A stretch of 64,000 bases of DNA, from IMG/VR virus record IMGVR_UViG_3300031867_000041, positions 6,544 to 70,543 of that record; one strand, given 5' to 3'. The notes beneath the pieces were generated by a model that was given only the letters and a program-made list of their open reading frames with translations, ran no database searches and was not told the origin of the DNA. Position 1 is the stretch's first letter. Each line of letters begins with the position of its first letter. Of the stretch, positions 10,903 through 20,158 are shown in pieces. Source of the stretch: a virus (lineage: Duplodnaviria; Caudoviricetes). The translations under genes and the position numbers were made by a program.

Positions 10903-11469
10903 TTAATTCATCTTGTATTTAATAATTGCTTTTGCAACTTCATCAGTCAACGGAATGGTTCCTCTATATGTAAACTGACGAGTACCAGTTTCGTCACATT
11001 CGCAATAATAAAACCCTTTACGGTCGTTATCCCAGTCCATGCAAGATTTTAATTTAAGCTCAGTATCTTTCTCTTCTGGTACTTCTTCGTAGTCAGAATC
11101 AAAAGTAAATAACACTGGTTTAAAATTTTGAACAAAATCATTTCTTTTTGCATCAATGACAAATTTAGAATTCACTGTATCCTGAACATAACATTTACAG
11201 TCAACTGCAATATAACGTCCAGTTTTTGGGTTACATGCTTGTTCAAGATATAACGTCTTATCTGTGCCGTCAATTGTCAAGATATATTCTTTGTCATATG
11301 CAAATTTATCAACTTCTAGCAAGAATGGCTCATAACCGCTATCCATGATAAAATCTAAAATAACCTCTTCAAGCGTTTCGTTATCAGCAATCAGAGAAAT
11401 CTAGCCGTCTTCAGATATGGCGTCCATCAAGTCTGACTCCAATTCATATACTTCATCATAGTAAATCAT
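10903..11469 (-). CDS. Hypothetical protein (188 aa, one in-frame TAG)
   Basis: ATG at 11469 with AAGGAA RBS; MIYYDEVYELESDLMDAISEDG*ISLIAD... is in frame with track ORF 10903..11346. Confidence 0.7.
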
Positions 11470-11488
11470 ACGCATTCCTTTTCTTCCT

Positions 11489-12694
11489 TTAAAATTTTAT
11501 ATCATAAATACAATCAAGACCTTCTGTTTCTGATATTACACAGACAGTTTGTTCTGGTCTATTGTTTAATCTTTTTTCTATACAATACTGATCACTGCCG
11601 CTAAGACATCCAGACTGCACAACTTTTGTGTCGTAATCTGTCATTAAAGCATTTGTATGCCTGTGTCCAGTTAATATAATATTCGGCTTAATCCCAAACA
11701 TTCTACGCATATTGTCTGCGGCCACACTAAAAGAATCTTTGTCACCATGGATAGCAAAAACATTCATGTTTCTAACAGGAAATATTGCAACACTCTGTTC
11801 TATATCATTTTTATGACAAATCACATTCTTATAGTTTTGTAATTTAGCCTGTAAAAAAGGAATTAAAAGATTATCCATATTTTCGTGGGCCAAACTCTCA
11901 TCTTTCTTTGGAGTTATCCGGCTATGATTTCCTGGAGCGACATATACATTCACACATTCAAAATACTGTGAAAGTACAGCCAAGAACTCGCATACATAAT
12001 CAGTTACCGTCAAAAACTGGTCAATTAAATCTTGATTGTTCTCTATACGTAATATTGGATGTATTAATCCAGACAATAATTCCGAACAAACAACATAAGC
12101 ATCTCTTGCACCATGTCTTTTCGCAATTTCAATAACCCTGCCTAAATAATGATTCAATCGTTTGTTTAATATATCAGTATTATATTCGTTCCAAAAATTT
12201 TTAACTTCAATTCCACTATGTAAATCATAAAGCGGAATTAACAAATCACAATTACAATTATCTGTAAAAAAATCAGATTTTCCAAAATATTCTAAGGCCG
12301 TTTTTTCTCCAGCCTCGACAATTGCATTTGTGAACTGTTCTATGTATGATTCTTTACGAGCTTCTTCTCGTAATAATCTACGGTATTCATTGCGCTCGTC
12401 ACGAAGTTTTACTTTTTCTTTTTCAAGTTCGCGTCTCAATTCAACCAGTTCTTCCGCAGAATTATTATAAGATATATCTTCAAACTCTTCTTTGACCTGC
12501 TTCATTAAGGCATATTTTTTTCTATATGCAGATTCTGAATAGTATTCCGACGGATCATCTCGCAATTCTCTATTAAGTATCTCTGAAATCTCCGTCCAAG
12601 TCATATCCAAAATACCCTAATCTTTCAACGTTCCTAAACGAGCAATATATTTTAGTTCAGATTCGCCCGGAAGTCGGGCAGTAGGAGAGGACAT
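11489..12694 (-). CDS. Calcineurin-like metallophosphoesterase (YonJ-like, one in-frame TAG)
   Basis: DLH, GNH, HGD and GHRH motifs. N-terminus extends through a TAG (...LGTLKD*GILDMTW...) to ATG 12694. Confidence 0.8.
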
Positions 12695-12695
12695 G

Positions 12696-12917
12696 TTAGC
12701 CCTCCTCAAAACTGTCAGTCAGATCTTCTTCTGCCTTTGTAACAATAGATACTTCAATCGGCATTTCCTTAAACGGACTAAAACACTTTTCAATATTAAT
12801 CTCTGCCTTCTCGCCTTCAGTATTCGTGTATTTAATCACATCACCGTCAGAAGAGAGCACTCCTTTAATTGCGAAACGAGTGTTAGTTTTAGAACCATAA
12901 GTTAAATTTTTTGCCAT
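12696..12917 (-). CDS. YonK-like small protein
   Basis: Size, KGVL..D..I...E...SITxKxEE pattern and position next to the phosphoesterase, as in SPbeta. Confidence 0.5.
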   Translation of the reverse strand: MAKNLTYGSKTNTRFAIKGVLSSDGDVIKYTNTEGEKAEINIEKCFSPFKEMPIEVSIVTKAEEDLTDSFEEG

Positions 12918-12939
12918 ATTAAAGCCCTCCTTTTAATCA

Positions 12940-13551
12940 TTATAATATATCTTCAAATTGGATATCTTCTCCAATTATCTTCTTAACAACTCCCAACTCT
13001 TTGGCGCGATCTGCATGCATATACATTTCTACATCATAGTTGGTATCATAAAAATCCTCAGTCATATTTGTACGCTCAAGCACAAAAGCTTTTGTTCTTT
13101 CTTCCCAGTCAGAGAAAAAGTCCATAGTTTCGCGAGCCTTCTTTGTGCTATTGGCAATACTGATAGCGCCGTCATGTTGTAAGAACACTGAATTTTTAAA
13201 TGCAATTCGTTCATGACAAGCCAAATAAATATGATATGCGGCAGAAGCAACAAGAGATAAACCAATGCCCCATACCGGAGTTGTGCTTGCCATAATCACA
13301 TCTACTACATTTTGAGAAACAAACGTATCTCCACCAACGCTACTAATATAAATCTTTATTGGCTTACGCATTTCAACCGGAAGACCGATGTCTTCTTTAT
13401 TCCATTTGAGAATATACATAACAACATCTTCAACCATGTCGTCACTTACTTCTTCATTAAAAACAAGGATTCTATCTGCAATATATTCTCTGAATAATTC
13501 TTCATATGTACTCATCTGACTTGTGCCAGCAGTAGGTATTACAAACTCCAT
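12940..13551 (-). CDS. ClpP-like serine protease subunit
   Basis: DRILVFN, IKIYISSVGG, VASAA (catalytic Ser), LQHDG, YMHADRAKELGVV. Confidence 0.85.
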   Translation of the reverse strand: MEFVIPTAGTSQMSTYEELFREYIADRILVFNEEVSDDMVEDVVMYILKWNKEDIGLPVEMRKPIKIYISSVGGDTFVSQNVVDVIMASTTPVWGIGLSLVASAAYHIYLACHERIAFKNSVFLQHDGAISIANSTKKARETMDFFSDWEERTKAFVLERTNMTEDFYDTNYDVEMYMHADRAKELGVVKKIIGEDIQFEDIL

Positions 13552-13554
13552 ACT

Positions 13555-13887
13555 TTATACCTCCGCGAATTTCTCTATTTTCTTAAAACGCTCCTCAATT
13601 GCCGCATCAACTCTACGCTGAACTTCGCGCTCAATCATTTCATCCATATTATCTGAAGTAGCTCTTCGCTTCTTATTTTCTTCTAACACCTCTGTAAATA
13701 TATCCTGAAATTCGGGCGTATTTAAAAACACAAATACAGATCTCTTTCTATCTGGGTCTGTCTTATCTGGCTTAATATCAACAATCTACATAACTAAGCC
13801 ACGTTCTTTGGCTTTACCTAATATTCTTTTGGCAATATCATATTTTCTAACAACCTTTACTTCTTGTTCCGCATTCTGATTATTCAT
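13555..13887 (-). CDS. Hypothetical protein (110 aa, one in-frame TAG; absent from the ORF track)
   Basis: ATG 13887 after AAAGGA; MNNQNAEQ...GLVM*IVDIKPDKTDPDRKRSVFVF... Its TAA abuts the clpP-like start. Confidence 0.7.
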
Positions 13888-13923
13888 TCCTTTTTTCTCC
13901 TTATATTAATAAATTAAAAGCCA

Positions 13924-14751
13924 TTAGGCTTCTTGAAATAGATTTGCAAATAATCTGCTTGTTGCACTTCTCACATCTTCCTCTAATGTTATTGTTGCGA
14001 ATAACGGATTGCCTTTAAATGTGTCGCACATCCGAAGAAGTGGCGAGTTGACACTGCCGTTTGCAGCCTGTCTATAATCACCATCGAAAACAATTTTACT
14101 TCCTTCTCCAACACGGGTACCTATCATTCGTATTTGTTTTTCGGACAAATCCTCGGACTCATCAATAACCATCCAAGTATCTTGATAAGAAGTGCCTTTC
14201 ATATATGTAGGAATATTGAAATCCAAAATCCCTTGTTGTTTTAACTGCTCAACTTCCCAGTCTTTTCCGTCAAGCTGTTGGACAAGTGGCAACGTCCATA
14301 CTTGATTTTTCTGGGTAAAATCTCCGGGTAAAAATCCAAGTTCTCGACCTTCGCCCATTGGTTCTCTCACTCCAAGAATATGAGATTGCCATCCTTTTTC
14401 TTTAACGGCAAACAATCCCATCTGCATACACAGATAACTTTTGCCACTGCCAAATTCTCCAAGTATTGCACATACGGTAATATTCGGATTATTTAACATA
14501 TCAAGAGCACATCTTTGCAAAGAGTTCTTTCCTTTAATAAATTTAGACGGCGGAAGTTTCAAAGCAACAAACTTTTCACCATCCCAACGCATTTCACGTT
14601 CAGTTCCATCATCTGTATTTCGAATAATAAGATACTCGTTACAGTTCCAGATAGCGGTGTTAATACACGACATATACTCATTTATCTGAAATGTCGTACC
14701 TTCCACCATTTTATAGCCTTTATAGTTATTGGTATCAATCAAGCATTTCAC
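13924..14751 (-). CDS. phoH: PhoH-family ATPase
   Basis: GEFGSGKS P-loop, LGFLPG, IDESEDL, GDYRQ, RS motif. Confidence 0.9.
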   Translation of the reverse strand: MKCLIDTNNYKGYKMVEGTTFQINEYMSCINTAIWNCNEYLIIRNTDDGTEREMRWDGEKFVALKLPPSKFIKGKNSLQRCALDMLNNPNITVCAILGEFGSGKSYLCMQMGLFAVKEKGWQSHILGVREPMGEGRELGFLPGDFTQKNQVWTLPLVQQLDGKDWEVEQLKQQGILDFNIPTYMKGTSYQDTWMVIDESEDLSEKQIRMIGTRVGEGSKIVFDGDYRQAANGSVNSPLLRMCDTFKGNPLFATITLEEDVRSATSRLFANLFQEA

Positions 14752-14969
14752 CGCCCATCATGTACTTCCAGAATTTCTTGTTTCCTAAATTGTTCAAGTA
14801 GCTTCATAGATTTCGGCGCTGTAGTTAACCAATAACGTTTACCCCGTTTTTTATGAGTCTGACTACTCATGTGAACATCATTCCACCGTCCATGATCGCG
14901 CAAATAAAATGCCTCGGCTTTGCTGATTTTTAACAAATTATTTTCACTCCTAAATGTATATTTACGCAC
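14748..14969 (-). CDS. Small hypothetical protein (73 aa)
   Basis: Track ORF overlapping the phoH start by 4 nt. Confidence 0.55.
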   Translation of the reverse strand: MRKYTFRSENNLLKISKAEAFYLRDHGRWNDVHMSSQTHKKRGKRYWLTTAPKSMKLLEQFRKQEILEVHDGR

Positions 14970-15021
14970 AAAAATAAGACGGCATTAAGCCGCCTTAAAA
15001 ACAATGCGCATAATGTTTAAA

Positions 15022-15095
15022 TGGCGAGAGCCAGATTTGAACTGGCGACCTCTGGCCCATGAAGCCAGCGAGCTTCCGAACTGCTCCATCTCGCA
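15022..15095 (-). tRNA. tRNA-Met(CAU), initiator-like
   Basis: GGAGCAGTTCGGAAGCTCG D arm, 1:72 mismatch, anticodon arm CTGGC-TTCATGG-GCCAG. Confidence 0.85.
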
Positions 15096-15102
15096 TCAAT
15101 AA

Positions 15103-15294
15103 TTACGGATTATCATGAGGATTGTGACCGTTACCATGACCATTGTGATTGCCATTGTCGTAACCCCATGCGTGACCATGACCATGTCCGTGACCTGGCT
15201 CTTCTGGAATACAAGAACCACCGGAACAAGTAATGATATCTTCAAAGTCAAGTCTGATGAACTCAACCGAAGGTGCTGTATATTTTTGTTTCAT
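15103..15294 (-). CDS. 63-aa peptide with RiPP/lasso-like leader and His/Gly/Asn-rich tail
   Basis: MKQKYTAPSVEFIRLDFEDIITC-SGGSCIPEE...GHGHGHGH; GAGGTGAG RBS. Confidence 0.6.
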   Translation of the reverse strand: MKQKYTAPSVEFIRLDFEDIITCSGGSCIPEEPGHGHGHGHAWGYDNGNHNGHGNGHNPHDNP

Positions 15295-15326
15295 ACTTTC
15301 TCACCTCTAAAAAAGTGGCAACCATT

Positions 15327-15628
15327 GCAGCCGCATACAAACCATTGAGTCTATTATGCAACACTACAAAAAACTTTACTGCGGATTTTATCGAGTATTA
15401 GACTTTATTACGTAAATTTTATGGCATAAAGAACGCTGACACTTAACCGCTAAACGCTAAATGCTAAACATTGAGCTTTTACCCCACATTTGCATATAAC
15501 GCACTCATCATACAAGCGTTATATTTTCCCAATAACAGGATTCTACATCCCTGTAAAGAAAATATGTTTTGGAGCGGAGATAAGGCTCTCCGCAAGCCGC
15601 ATAAGTCTATGGTTTTCGCAATAGCTGC
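15327..15628 (-). ncRNA. Candidate ~300-nt structured RNA
   Basis: Ends pair (GCAGC...AAACCAT with ATGGTTT...GCTGC); internal hairpins; TTTAGC triple repeat; no ORF. Confidence 0.4.
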
Positions 15629-15639
15629 CAAAATTAATA

Positions 15640-16275
15640 TTATACTTCTATATAAGTAACCGAGTTGCTAATGCTCAAACGAACATCAACTTCGGCCTCA
15701 AACGCATCGATCTTAGCTTCAAGAGCCTGAATCTCTGCATATAAGTTTAGCGGGTCAACAAGCTCCCATTCGTTCTTTGCCCGGTATGGATCAGAAATTG
15801 CAGATAAATCTGCCTCTGACACTTTCTTCTCGGAGTCCTTTCCAAGGAATGTTTCGAGCATCTTATCAACCTGAGCATCTACATGATTATTTTCTTTTTG
15901 AATTCTATTGGTAGCGGCATTCCACTGAGACTTCATTGTTTGTAATTTCATTTTGTCATACATGATTGAAGTCTTGTATTCAATTGCAGCAGCTACTGTA
16001 TACTTCTTGCCACCAATCTCAACAATTGTATTGGCATTGCTATCAACAATTGCCTTTTTTAATTTGTGACGATTTTCAATCAAATCGGAAACAGACTGAT
16101 ACTCAGCCTTGGCGTTTGCCACAAAATTCTCCGTTTTAAACGATCCCACTTTGTCAGCAGATTTCTTTTTGCAACCGATAAAATCAACATTGGAAAGAGC
16201 TTTATTGATTTTCTAGTCATACAATTTCAATTCCACTAAAGCTTCGGTAATACTAATTCTTTTTGTATCAGCCAT
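15640..16275 (-). CDS. Conserved hypothetical coiled-coil protein (211 aa, one in-frame TAG)
   Basis: ATG 16275 after AAGGAGA; MADTKRISITEALVELKLYD*KINK... is in frame with track ORF 15640..16149. Confidence 0.75.
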
Positions 16276-16478
16276 AATAATCTCCTTTTAATCATTTTAT
16301 CTAAATATTTTAATCAGGAACAAGATGCCAAACCATTGGTTTATCAGTAATTACGGCAATCTGGTCACGGTAATGTATTGCAAAGTTGATAAAACATACA
16401 ATGATATGGCTTACGTTCCTTCAACAAGTAGAAAAATCCTTTTACTAGAAGAACCTCCACATTAGTTGTTATTTAATT

Positions 16479-16754
16479 TTATGCATTAACAGCCTCTTTA
16501 AAACCATTTGCGAATTTAGCACGAGGCTGATATTTTGCAGGAATATCAATAGCTTCTCCGGTTCTCGGATTTCTGCCGGTTCTGCTTTCTTTGTAGTCAG
16601 CCTTCAGTTTAAGGTCACGGAAAATAGAAACACCATCTTCATCCTTAATGTTTTCAAGAACAACCTCACGAGCTGCTACAAGTACTTCTTTTGCATCTTT
16701 CTGAGAAAGGCCAGCTTTCGTTGCAAATGCTTTAATATAATTTGTATAAGTCAT
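16479..16754 (-). CDS. hup: HU-like DNA-binding protein
   Basis: SRTGRNPRTGEAIDIPA arm motif; 91 aa. Confidence 0.9.
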   Translation of the reverse strand: MTYTNYIKAFATKAGLSQKDAKEVLVAAREVVLENIKDEDGVSIFRDLKLKADYKESRTGRNPRTGEAIDIPAKYQPRAKFANGFKEAVNA

Positions 16755-16990
16755 AATTATTTCTCCTTTTATTCATATATAGTTGTTTGTTAAAACGTCG
16801 CGACAGGGCATTTAGTCTATACCATGCCCAAAGATATAAATCCTTTTCTTCATGAAGTCCGTACTTTTTTACCGCACTCGGCAATAGCGGTATTAGGGAT
16901 GTGCATGAAATCCCCTTCATATAAGGGAAAAACGAGGTTTTTATAAAACCCTTATTCCAATTGAGTTTTATAAGTGTCAATTTTTGCATC

Positions 16991-19678
16991 CTATGCATTT
17001 TTTATAAAGCAATTAAGGAATTTATCTTTATTTGCTTGGTATAGCAAGTTGAGCATCTTACGAGTATATTTAGAAGAATCTTTGTATATATAATCATAAT
17101 TAGTATGACCTTCAAGTCCCAGACTTGTTTCTAATAGCCTATATATAGTTAGCTGACTTGTTTTTAGTTTTCTGAGTTCTTGCAGAACCTTTTCAGTTTT
17201 TTCTACAAACGGCAACATATAATCATCATCACTTTCATCATACGAAGCCATAAACTTTTTTACAAACAAATCATAGTCTTCAACTATCTTGCGTATATTA
17301 CTCATCTGGCGAGAATTTGCCATCTTACCTTCAGGTCTATCTATTAGATATTTATATGTATCAACACAATTTCGTTTATTTACACCTTGAATTTTATCAA
17401 GGCATTCTTGCAGCCAATTCATTGGACAAACCAAAGACTCATCAATTCTTTGCTTAACCTTTTGTTTTTCTTTTTTGACTTCTTCATACGGACGCTCTCT
17501 GCCATTTTTTGTGACTGAATATTTATGCGTATATTTAATGAACTTAGGATAGTCCTTATCACGATTCATACATTTTTGGGATCTAATGCGCAAGATATCC
17601 TCTCCGGCGTCCACGGAAAAAATTTTCTTGCACCCATCGATGGCCACCTGGGCAAGTACCGCGAGGATAACAGTATTATGATATAACTGCCAATATTCAG
17701 AATCATATTCACGATTTGCAACTTTCGTCCACATATAACTCTGAGCCAACTGAGCAGAATCACTGCTACCGCCTATAGCTTTCTGCGCTCCTTGCATATT
17801 CGAATCCATTCGCGCATATTCAGCCATTGTGTTATCATACGCGACACCGCTTTCTGGAATTTCATTAACAACGGTTGGGAAATCTCTGTATGCAATTCTG
17901 GCAGCTTCTACCATTTGCGGTTGATTCGTAACAAAGTTAAAATCAGAATCAAAATCCTCGCCGTTCATACGACACTGGACATCAGTATGAATACAATTCA
18001 CTGCCATAATATTGTTGCTGAATTTAAAATACTTATCCATTAAAGGATGCAAAACATTTTTAAAGTATCCAAGATTGTTTGCCGAATTATGCGGATTACG
18101 AATCCCACACAAATATTCGCCATCAGAAAACCTTGTAGTATATACTTGAATTACTCCATCATCTGGTTGCAACGTAGGATCAGAATTCCAATCTTCGCCA
18201 ACGGTATAGAGTAGAAGAGCATACGGATTTCCGCAAACAGTCAAATTGTCTCCAGATACTGTGATTTTACCCTTTCGCAATTTTGCAACATAATTGTTTA
18301 TGATTTTACTTTTATCTATTCTCCACATCCGGCTGTTTTCGAAATCATGATTCCAAGCATATAAGTCGGCAAGCATTTCGTAGTGATTAACCAGAGTAGC
18401 ATTTTTGCGCAGAAATTTTTCAAACTCATTATTATCACGCTTTAACAATTCGACATAATCTACACTTGTCTGAGCTATTTTATAAACATCCTCTTCAGTA
18501 CATGGAAGAGTATTAATCATTTGATACGACATCTGCTGAACATCGCCAAGCTTTGATGGATGATCCGTTTTCACAATACCCCAGTAACATCCGTCTTCTT
18601 TAACCTTGTCACACCAATAATTATAGGCAGACAACGGAGTGCCACCCATAAGGTCAATAAATTTCTTCCATTTAATAGCATCATCGGTAGTTATCATTTT
18701 TATATTTTTAGCCAAATGCTTTATACCGAACATATCCTCTATTTCGAAAGTGTTATAATCAATACCATTATCAGCGCAATAGTCTTTAAAGAATTTTTGA
18801 ATATATGTGCAAAATGCGCAAGCTTTAAAAAAATGATTGCGAAGCAATGCCATACCATTACACCATTCCGGTAAAGATGAGGGTTCAATTAAAGCCATAC
18901 CGTCCCAAAGAGTATTTTTGACATCAACTTCTTTGCGTTCAACGACACATTTCTTCTTTGTACATGGTTTAACCTCATAAGAATTTGTTTCATTATTAAA
19001 TACATTTGCATATGTATCATAGTCTTCGGCTTTAACAACATCTGCTATTGTGCGGAAAAAGCTATCTTGGTCCTTTAGAATTAAAACATCATCCACATCT
19101 ATATGCGTCATTCCTTCTATTGCGGAAGTAGTAAGTGGAGCATAAGCAGATAGTTCAACAATTTTTGCACCATGTTCCGGCATACGTTTGTCAATCCCCA
19201 TAGTCAGCCAATCTCTGGCTACATCATATAGTTCTTCTTTGATAAACATACATTGTCCAACTTTTGCTTTTGATGGATTCCGGTAAAGCATTTTATAATG
19301 AATTATTTCTTCGTGAACTTCGCCTGTCTTCTTATCTGTATAGCCATATGTAATCGGTACACCTTGTTCGTAGAACATGACACGAATTTCATCCTTTGAC
19401 ATTTCTTTAAATAAATGTTTTCTACTTCGGATCTTCTTTTCTAATTCGGCATATAGTTTTTCTTTTTCTTCATCACCAACAGCCTTTTTGCGCTCTGCCT
19501 TTATATGCTTCATTTCTTCTTCATAGCTACGAACTTTAAAACCAAAGTCCATACAAATCACATCTCTGGTAGATTCGTCTTTTTTATCTGTAGTCATTCC
19601 ATTTTCTTTCAAGAATCTTGTAAACAACGAATGATGGAGCATAGCGTCAGTATAATCATACCGATCACGAACTCCCAT
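16991..19678 (-). CDS. Single-subunit two-barrel phage RNA polymerase (YonO/RdRP-like)
   Basis: RNPH motif and catalytic NGEDFDSD (DxDxD); 895 aa; SPbeta-like synteny with HU. Confidence 0.85.
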   Translation of the reverse strand: MGVRDRYDYTDAMLHHSLFTRFLKENGMTTDKKDESTRDVICMDFGFKVRSYEEEMKHIKAERKKAVGDEEKEKLYAELEKKIRSRKHLFKEMSKDEIRVMFYEQGVPITYGYTDKKTGEVHEEIIHYKMLYRNPSKAKVGQCMFIKEELYDVARDWLTMGIDKRMPEHGAKIVELSAYAPLTTSAIEGMTHIDVDDVLILKDQDSFFRTIADVVKAEDYDTYANVFNNETNSYEVKPCTKKKCVVERKEVDVKNTLWDGMALIEPSSLPEWCNGMALLRNHFFKACAFCTYIQKFFKDYCADNGIDYNTFEIEDMFGIKHLAKNIKMITTDDAIKWKKFIDLMGGTPLSAYNYWCDKVKEDGCYWGIVKTDHPSKLGDVQQMSYQMINTLPCTEEDVYKIAQTSVDYVELLKRDNNEFEKFLRKNATLVNHYEMLADLYAWNHDFENSRMWRIDKSKIINNYVAKLRKGKITVSGDNLTVCGNPYALLLYTVGEDWNSDPTLQPDDGVIQVYTTRFSDGEYLCGIRNPHNSANNLGYFKNVLHPLMDKYFKFSNNIMAVNCIHTDVQCRMNGEDFDSDFNFVTNQPQMVEAARIAYRDFPTVVNEIPESGVAYDNTMAEYARMDSNMQGAQKAIGGSSDSAQLAQSYMWTKVANREYDSEYWQLYHNTVILAVLAQVAIDGCKKIFSVDAGEDILRIRSQKCMNRDKDYPKFIKYTHKYSVTKNGRERPYEEVKKEKQKVKQRIDESLVCPMNWLQECLDKIQGVNKRNCVDTYKYLIDRPEGKMANSRQMSNIRKIVEDYDLFVKKFMASYDESDDDYMLPFVEKTEKVLQELRKLKTSQLTIYRLLETSLGLEGHTNYDYIYKDSSKYTRKMLNLLYQANKDKFLNCFIKNA

Positions 19679-19769
19679 GTTTTTTCCGGCAACAGACCCA
19701 GCTTTAAAATTTTTTATTTTCCAACCATACTCGCCTATATGTCATCACCTCTTATAAAAAATCACATAC

Positions 19770-20093
19770 TTATTTTAGGTTCTTTTTCTCTCTTGCATTT
19801 TTAAACCGTTCAGCAATTGCTCGTTTTTCTTCCTCGGTGTACTCACGCGATTTGCCTGAAGAAGTTTTGCCACGAAATGAAATAAGTTTCTTTGGACATT
19901 TATATGTCTTTGAAACAATGTCTCCATCATGGTAAGCAGTATCAACAAGAGACCATTCATCTGGGTTGTTTTTAACAAGCTTATCTAGTTTTGTCATATA
20001 TGAGTAGTCACTTGTATACACAGAAGCTACATTAGTATCTGTATTAAATTGGATTACAACCTCTCGTTCATTAATCAGTGTTCTCATCATCAA
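19770..20093 (-). CDS. Hypothetical protein (107 aa)
   Basis: Track ORF with GGAGG RBS. Confidence 0.7.
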   Translation of the reverse strand: MMMRTLINEREVVIQFNTDTNVASVYTSDYSYMTKLDKLVKNNPDEWSLVDTAYHDGDIVSKTYKCPKKLISFRGKTSSGKSREYTEEEKRAIAERFKNAREKKNLK

Positions 20094-20158
20094 CCTCCGA
20101 ATTAATTTATTATAATTTGATTATACTGCTCCAATTTTTTATTGTCAACATATAGAAA

